64,000 bases of DNA from an uncultured Nitrososphaerota archaeon (GTDB lineage: Archaea > Thermoproteota > EX4484-205 > JAAOZP01), in NCBI GenBank assembly GCA_964635675.1, contig CAZWPT010000043.1, positions 14,963 through 78,962 on the forward strand, read 5' to 3'. The translations under genes were made by a program, and so were the position numbers. Positions 58,650 through 64,000 of this stretch are shown piece by piece (within the stretch, counting starts at the first letter, position 1; each line of letters opens with the position of its first letter). The notes beneath the pieces are model-generated. The model saw only the letters and a program-made list of their open reading frames with translations. It had not been told where the DNA came from and did no database searches.

Positions 58650-59519
58650 CTAATACTTTCCGCGTAGGAGAGGGTTCTCATCCCTTGGCACCAGCCTTAT
58701 CGCGTCGTGTGGACACCTGTCCCTGCAGAGCCCGCATCCGAAGCACTTAGTCGGGTCTATCAGTACTCTTTTAAGAGTTGGGCTGAACCTTATTGCGCCG
58801 AACTGGCAGCTTGCAACACACGTCTTGCAGCCCTGGCAAAGATCCGGGTTTACTTCCGCGTAGTACTCCGCCTTGTAAACAGTATGGAGGCCGAAGTCCA
58901 TTCTTAAACGCAGGCCGCCGCACTGCGGTGTTTCGCACGAGCATATTGCGCATATGTAGGGCACTGGCTGGAACCAGACTGTGGCCACCCGCCCCTTCCT
59001 GTTCTGCTCCTCCAGAGCCGCTGCCGCTTCATCCCGGCCTAAACGCACCTTAGTGTTCTCAGGGATGAACCTGGGTAGTTTCTCTATCACTGTCGAGAGG
59101 ACTCCGAAGTTGATGCAGCACACGTCTTTAATGCCTTTCTGCATCATGCGGCACATGCAGTAGTTCTGAATAATGGGTTCAGCGGCGAGGTTGAGCATTA
59201 TCAGCTTCGCCTCCTCTATGGGTATTACTTGGCCGAAGTGCCCATCTGCCCTAACAGGGTTCCTGTTCCTGCTTTCAGAGTGAATCATCCCCTCGACTGT
59301 CCGCCGGATCACCCGGCCTATGATGGGCATTCTAAGCTTGTAGCCCAGTCCTATTGACGACATACCCATTATCTTCCTTATGTAGACCTGCTCGAAGTTT
59401 CTCCACTGCTCCTCCAAGTATGCTTGAAGATTCATGGCTTCAGCCAGCTCGTAAGAATAGTTCCTGGCGTTCAAATACCATTTTCCACCGGCGCCATGCT
59501 TCATGCACCAGTCGCACAT
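58650..59519 (-). CDS. 4Fe-4S dicluster protein
   Basis: N-term 'MCDWC..HG', CxCR, 'ICSC', two CxxCxxCxxxC. Confidence 0.85.
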   Translation of the reverse strand: MCDWCMKHGAGGKWYLNARNYSYELAEAMNLQAYLEEQWRNFEQVYIRKIMGMSSIGLGYKLRMPIIGRVIRRTVEGMIHSESRNRNPVRADGHFGQVIPIEEAKLIMLNLAAEPIIQNYCMCRMMQKGIKDVCCINFGVLSTVIEKLPRFIPENTKVRLGRDEAAAALEEQNRKGRVATVWFQPVPYICAICSCETPQCGGLRLRMDFGLHTVYKAEYYAEVNPDLCQGCKTCVASCQFGAIRFSPTLKRVLIDPTKCFGCGLCRDRCPHDAIRLVPRDENPLLRGKY

Positions 59520-59594
59520 GGTTAAACCATTTTAAAAAACCATGCTTGTTAATATTTAAGTCTTCTCAGCCCACGCTGTTAATATTTAAATCGT

Positions 59595-62330
59595 TTGAGT
59601 CGTGTTGAAAACAGGCCCGCATTGTCTTCGAAGAGCTACATTCTGGATTTGAGGAGCGTCAGCAGGAGAGACTGGGAGAAGGCAGGCGGCAAGGCTGCTA
59701 ACCTCGGCGAGCTTAAGCGCCTCGGCTTCCCTGTTCCCGACGGCTTCGTAGTGACCACTGACGCCTATGATGATTTTATATTGTTCAACGGTCTTGAGGA
59801 GATAATCGAGTCTTCACTCGCCGGGGCTGACCCTTCCGACCCTGCTTCGATGGAGGAGTGCTCGAGGAGAATAAGAGAGGCGTTTGAGCTTTCCAGCCTG
59901 CCTCCGGGGCTGGCTGAGGATTTGAGAAGAGCCTATGGGGAACTGTCTGCTAAGAGTGTTGCAGTACGCTCGTCAGCCACCGTGGAGGATTTGCCCCAGG
60001 AGTCTTTCGCAGGCCAGTTGGAAACCTTTCTCAACGTTAAGGGTTTCGAGAATGTTGCGAAGAGCATTGTCCAATGCTACGCCTCCCTCTGGGGGAGAAG
60101 GGCCGTCGCGTACAGGGAGAGAAACAGGGTCCCGCACCGCGGGCTCAAGATGGCTGTGATTGTTCAGACAATGGTTCCGGCTAAGAGCGCCGGTGTGCTT
60201 TTCACGGTTGACCCTGTCTCCCCAGAGGGCTCGCACATGGTGGTTGAGTCCAACTTCGGCCTCGGGGAGTCGGTTGTTTCAGGCCGGGCTATGCCCGACA
60301 GGTTCGTCATCCTCAGGCCCCCGGGGGAAGGAGGGGGATCGTTGAAAATAGTGAGCAGGGAGATCGGGACTAAAAACTATGTTTCCAAGCCTGTCTCCGG
60401 GGAGACGGGTGTTGAGCACGTTGAGGTCCCCCCGGAGGAGTGTCTCCAGCCCTCGCTCAGCGAGGAGCATGTTCTCAGGCTTGCTGAAATCGGCCTCGCC
60501 GTCGAGAAGGTTTTCGAGCGCCCGCAGGACGTGGAGTGGGCTGTCGACGCGGATAACAGTGTTCTGATACTCCAGTCTAGGCCGGTGACCTCGCTCCCCA
60601 GGCAGGCTCCTGAGGACGAGGTTGTCTGGAGCAGGGGGTACTCAGACGACTACTGGAACGACCCGGTTACACCCTTGTTCTTCGAGCTCCTGGGCGACCA
60701 GCTTACGAACATTGTGAACATCGAGCTTAACAAGATAATGGGCTACTCTCAACCCGGCTCCAGCAAGACTGACCAGCTGCTGAAGCTTCATCACGCGCAC
60801 GCCTATTTCAACCTTGAGGTTTTGAAGCGGAAGGTTGAGTACGAGATTCCCCAGTTTCTACGGAACGAGGATATTTTGAACTATTTCCCTGATGGAAGCG
60901 GGCCTTACGGTAAGGAGACGATTAGGAGGCTGCCTTTCAGGCTTAGGAAGCGAGTAATGGCTGAGCTCCGCGTAATGCTTCACGACCCCAACGGCTCCGT
61001 GACTAAGACAGCATCAGCCTACGAGGAGTGGACCCGGAGGTTTTTCAACCCTTTCTGGGAGCAGTTTGAGCAGAGGATGAGCAGCGTGGTGGGGGTCGGC
61101 GACTACGTTAAGCTGGCGGAGGAGCTTGACGAGCTGATGACCAGCCACTTCCGCCTGGTTAGGTACGGTATTCCGGTTCACAACATCGGCATGAATCTTC
61201 TCGCCCAATACTTGCTGAAGCGCTTCATAGGCGAGGAGGAGGCTTTGAAAACCTATCCTGTTCTAATATCCGGCTTGAAGCATAAGACGAGTGAGATGAA
61301 CGAGAGGATAAGCCTCCTCGCCTCCCTCGCGTGCTCCGCGCCCGATCTTAGGAAGACGATTCTGGAAACTCCTTCAGACAGGATCCTGGGGAAAATAGGC
61401 TTGCTTAACACTCCTGAAGCCCAAGGGTTTCTCAGGGAGTTCAACAGTTTCCTAAGGGATTTCGGATCCCGGGGCTTCACCAGGGAGCCGTACTACCCTA
61501 GATGGGGCGAGGCTCCCCAGTATGTTTTCGACATTCTCAAGCCGCTTGTAGAGCAGGGTGTGAGCGCGACATTGGAGCCTGAAGGCTTGAAGCAGGAGGA
61601 GGCTATTAGGATGGTTGAGCACAGGATCAGGCGTCTCCGGTTCGGCTGGTTTAAATGGAAGCTTTTCTCAACGATCCTGGGTTTCGCCCGCAGATACATT
61701 GTTTTCCGGGAGAACCAGCGTTTCAACCTTGACCGCTGGATCACGATGAACCGGAGGATCTTCCTGGAGATCGGGAGGATTCTTCAGCACCAGGGGGTTC
61801 TGAACGACCCGCAGGAAGTATTCTTCCTCACCAAGAGCAAGGTTAAGAGGCTTGCCTCAGAGCAGGCGTCTCCGGGCGAGATTGAGGAAATACGCTTGCT
61901 CGTTAAAAACCGTAGGCAGGACTTCCTGAAGTATGAGAACACTACTCCAGCTAAGTTCCTACAGGGCTCCAGGGAGTTCAACGATCCTCCGCCTGAGCCC
62001 GGGCTGGTTTTCAAAGGGATCCCCGCGAGCCAGGGTGTTCTCACAGCCCCGGTGAGGGTTTTGAAGAGCGTTGAGGATGTTTGGCAGGTGCGCGCGGGAG
62101 AAATCCTGGTCGTGCCTCGCACAGACCCAGGCTGGACTCCGGTTTTCTGCAGGATCGGCGGCCTTATCACGGAGACAGGCGGGATGCTTTCCCACGGCGC
62201 CGTAGTATCCAGGGAGTACGGGATTCCGGCTGTCACGAACATTCCGAACGCCTGCATGGTTTTTAAGACGGGTCAGACGGTGACCATAGACGGGAACAGT
62301 GGCGTGGTCAGGATCGAGGGGGTGGCGTGA
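59595..62330 (+). CDS. PEP-utilising phosphotransferase, RPH/PigC-like architecture (ATP-grasp - substrate domain - His swivel)
   Basis: 'GGKAANL', 'AVRSSA..ED...SFAGQ', 'ILQSRPVT', C-term 'GGMLSHGAVVSREYGIPAV'. Confidence 0.85.
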   Translation: MSRVENRPALSSKSYILDLRSVSRRDWEKAGGKAANLGELKRLGFPVPDGFVVTTDAYDDFILFNGLEEIIESSLAGADPSDPASMEECSRRIREAFELSSLPPGLAEDLRRAYGELSAKSVAVRSSATVEDLPQESFAGQLETFLNVKGFENVAKSIVQCYASLWGRRAVAYRERNRVPHRGLKMAVIVQTMVPAKSAGVLFTVDPVSPEGSHMVVESNFGLGESVVSGRAMPDRFVILRPPGEGGGSLKIVSREIGTKNYVSKPVSGETGVEHVEVPPEECLQPSLSEEHVLRLAEIGLAVEKVFERPQDVEWAVDADNSVLILQSRPVTSLPRQAPEDEVVWSRGYSDDYWNDPVTPLFFELLGDQLTNIVNIELNKIMGYSQPGSSKTDQLLKLHHAHAYFNLEVLKRKVEYEIPQFLRNEDILNYFPDGSGPYGKETIRRLPFRLRKRVMAELRVMLHDPNGSVTKTASAYEEWTRRFFNPFWEQFEQRMSSVVGVGDYVKLAEELDELMTSHFRLVRYGIPVHNIGMNLLAQYLLKRFIGEEEALKTYPVLISGLKHKTSEMNERISLLASLACSAPDLRKTILETPSDRILGKIGLLNTPEAQGFLREFNSFLRDFGSRGFTREPYYPRWGEAPQYVFDILKPLVEQGVSATLEPEGLKQEEAIRMVEHRIRRLRFGWFKWKLFSTILGFARRYIVFRENQRFNLDRWITMNRRIFLEIGRILQHQGVLNDPQEVFFLTKSKVKRLASEQASPGEIEEIRLLVKNRRQDFLKYENTTPAKFLQGSREFNDPPPEPGLVFKGIPASQGVLTAPVRVLKSVEDVWQVRAGEILVVPRTDPGWTPVFCRIGGLITETGGMLSHGAVVSREYGIPAVTNIPNACMVFKTGQTVTIDGNSGVVRIEGVA

Positions 62331-63296
62331 ATGGAGCCGTTGAAGCATAGGCCGAAGAACCATGTTGAGTGGAACGAGTCATACTATTTTGTCTTCTACG
62401 ATTTGAAGCATAGGCTCGGCGGAATGACTAGGCTGGGTTTCAAACCGAACAAGAGGGAGGCCATGACTTTCCTATTCCTCTTTCTGCCGGACGGCTCCGC
62501 AGCGGGCTACCAGGCTGTGGAGGAGACTGTTGACTACGGACTTCAGGATCTGCGCGTCGGCAGGGTTGTTCACAAGCCTCTCCCCGGGGGTGTTTGGAAA
62601 TACTGTTTCGAGGGGAGCATGGTTGCGGCGAGGAACCCTGCGGACCTGCCTAGGGTAAGGGGAAACCCTTCTCTGGCTTCAGGCGTTTTACCCGTCAGGG
62701 TTGAGCTTTCCTTCACGCCGATTAGCGAGGTCTACGAGTATAGTGCGCACATGACTCCCGAGTCCCGGATGCTTGGGGAAAAGTCTGGGGACGAGCACTG
62801 GGAGCAGGTTGGCGTTGTAAACGGGGAGGTTCGCGTAGGCGAGGAGACTTACATTGTTGAGCAGTCGATGAGCCAGCGTGACCATACTCACGGGGTGCGT
62901 GAGTGGACCAGCATAGACTACTGGCTCTACTATGTCGTCTGGTTTTCGAGAGAGCTTGCAGTCAACCCTGCTGCAATAATAATGGATGACGGCAGGGTTT
63001 CCACAGGAGGCTTCCTTTTCGAGAAAGGAAGGAATATTCCGGTTGAGAGAATCCGTGTTCTCGAGCAGGAGTTTCGCGACGGGGTTCTGCCCGTGTACTC
63101 CAGGCTTGAACTGGTCGACGGCCTCGGCAGGAGGCACGTGCTGGAGGCTAGAGCAGGCCCAGTGATCCCGGTGCCCTTCACTGACAGCGAGGGTAATGTT
63201 TCAATACTTGCACAGTCTTTCGGCAGCTTTAAGCTGGACGGTGTCGAGGGCGGCTACGGTAGTTTCGAAACACTTAGGAGGAAGCCGAGGAAATAA
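62331..63296 (+). CDS. AttH/tocopherol-cyclase-like beta-barrel protein
   Basis: 'WNESYYF', 'HWEQ', 'RDHTHGVR.W'. Confidence 0.65.
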   Translation: MEPLKHRPKNHVEWNESYYFVFYDLKHRLGGMTRLGFKPNKREAMTFLFLFLPDGSAAGYQAVEETVDYGLQDLRVGRVVHKPLPGGVWKYCFEGSMVAARNPADLPRVRGNPSLASGVLPVRVELSFTPISEVYEYSAHMTPESRMLGEKSGDEHWEQVGVVNGEVRVGEETYIVEQSMSQRDHTHGVREWTSIDYWLYYVVWFSRELAVNPAAIIMDDGRVSTGGFLFEKGRNIPVERIRVLEQEFRDGVLPVYSRLELVDGLGRRHVLEARAGPVIPVPFTDSEGNVSILAQSFGSFKLDGVEGGYGSFETLRRKPRK

Positions 63297-63312
63297 GGAA
63301 AGCAGGCTGTTT

Positions 63313-64000
63313 TCACGAGAATCTTGTGAACAGCCATTCCAGGAGCCCGGTTCCTGTTTCCCCGTTCTCCTCAAGACGGTGGAGAGCCATGGCTTCAACA
63401 AGCTCTGTCACGCCCCCTTGGAACCGGCGGGTGAACTTGACGAAGCTCGACGGGGATAATGGTTTCGAGCGGACAACGTACTCTTTTCCGTCTAGGCAGG
63501 TTATTCTGGTTGCTGCCCCGCTGGGCGTACCCTGGTCTCCGCTGTACTCGGTTTCAACCTCCACGTTTGAAACAGGGATGCTTCCCCCGGCTGTTGAAAC
63601 TCCTCCTGAGACTGTTTTAACACCCTTGACACTGTCCATTCTAAGCCCTATTGAGAAGCCTCTGAACTGGGCGTGGAAAGCATACCAGTGATCTATGTGC
63701 CAGTGCCTCGGGCCCCAGCTCTTATCCCTCTGCCCGTAGCCCTGAATATTCTTCTCAACCCCTCTGATTCTTATTACCCCTGACACTCTGCCGGATTGTT
63801 CGAAGTGCCCCTCCCAAGATGTTCCGCTCCCCCGGCCGAAGCTGAACGCGGGGAACCTTCCCGCCCAGAGGATCTCCGCCTCAAGCCCGGGGCCTGAGAA
63901 AACTATGCGCCAGCTTTTCAAGGCTTCAACCAGCTGGAAGCGTAGACGCCCGTCGTCTAGACACTCGAGGGTTTCAAGGCTGAAAGGCGAGTCATGCTCC
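63313..64000 (-). CDS. second AttH-like beta-barrel protein (5' part outside window)
   Basis: 'HFEQSG.V.G', 'GQRDKSWGPR.W'; frame open toward the window edge. Confidence 0.65.
   Translation of the reverse strand, partial: EHDSPFSLETLECLDDGRLRFQLVEALKSWRIVFSGPGLEAEILWAGRFPAFSFGRGSGTSWEGHFEQSGRVSGVIRIRGVEKNIQGYGQRDKSWGPRHWHIDHWYAFHAQFRGFSIGLRMDSVKGVKTVSGGVSTAGGSIPVSNVEVETEYSGDQGTPSGAATRITCLDGKEYVVRSKPLSPSSFVKFTRRFQGGVTELVEAMALHRLEENGETGTGLLEWLFTRFS

Noticed and set aside
17610-62100. GCGCGC hexamers within intact CDSs (e.g. ~17615, ~29326, ~32876, ~62090)
   Set aside because: Expected by chance, they lack the A...T flanks, and they do not interrupt the frames.

Overview
Archaeal chromosome segment from a TACK-type lineage (Bathyarchaeia/Brockarchaeota-like gene content; lineage is inference). 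Core or metabolic genes include ileS, tRNA-Glu(TTC) with a BHB intron, a histone, archease, feoAB with a DtxR regulator, a UPF0182 protein, sugar-catabolic genes and a PEP-utilising phosphotransferase cluster. These are interleaved with a decayed defence region (EVE-nuclease, AbiEi, EVE, hsdS remnant, AAA ATPases) and about six toxin-antitoxin pairs. The most striking unexplained signal is the palindrome (T)AGCGCGCGCT(A). I counted 10 exact intergenic copies by eye, plus shorter and C>T-decayed variants. The motif repeatedly sits at the breakpoints of truncated gene fragments (hsdS, AAA ATPase, EVE-nuclease, TSUP, TBP, Rieske, VapB/VapC). Where a parent copy is available in the window, the motif is absent from it. 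This looks like a sequence-specific rearrangement or end-joining scar. A radA gene overlapping a stand-alone PriS-like AEP primase-polymerase is a candidate enzyme module, but that link is hypothesis only. Several genes, including a heliorhodopsin, carry single small frameshifts.
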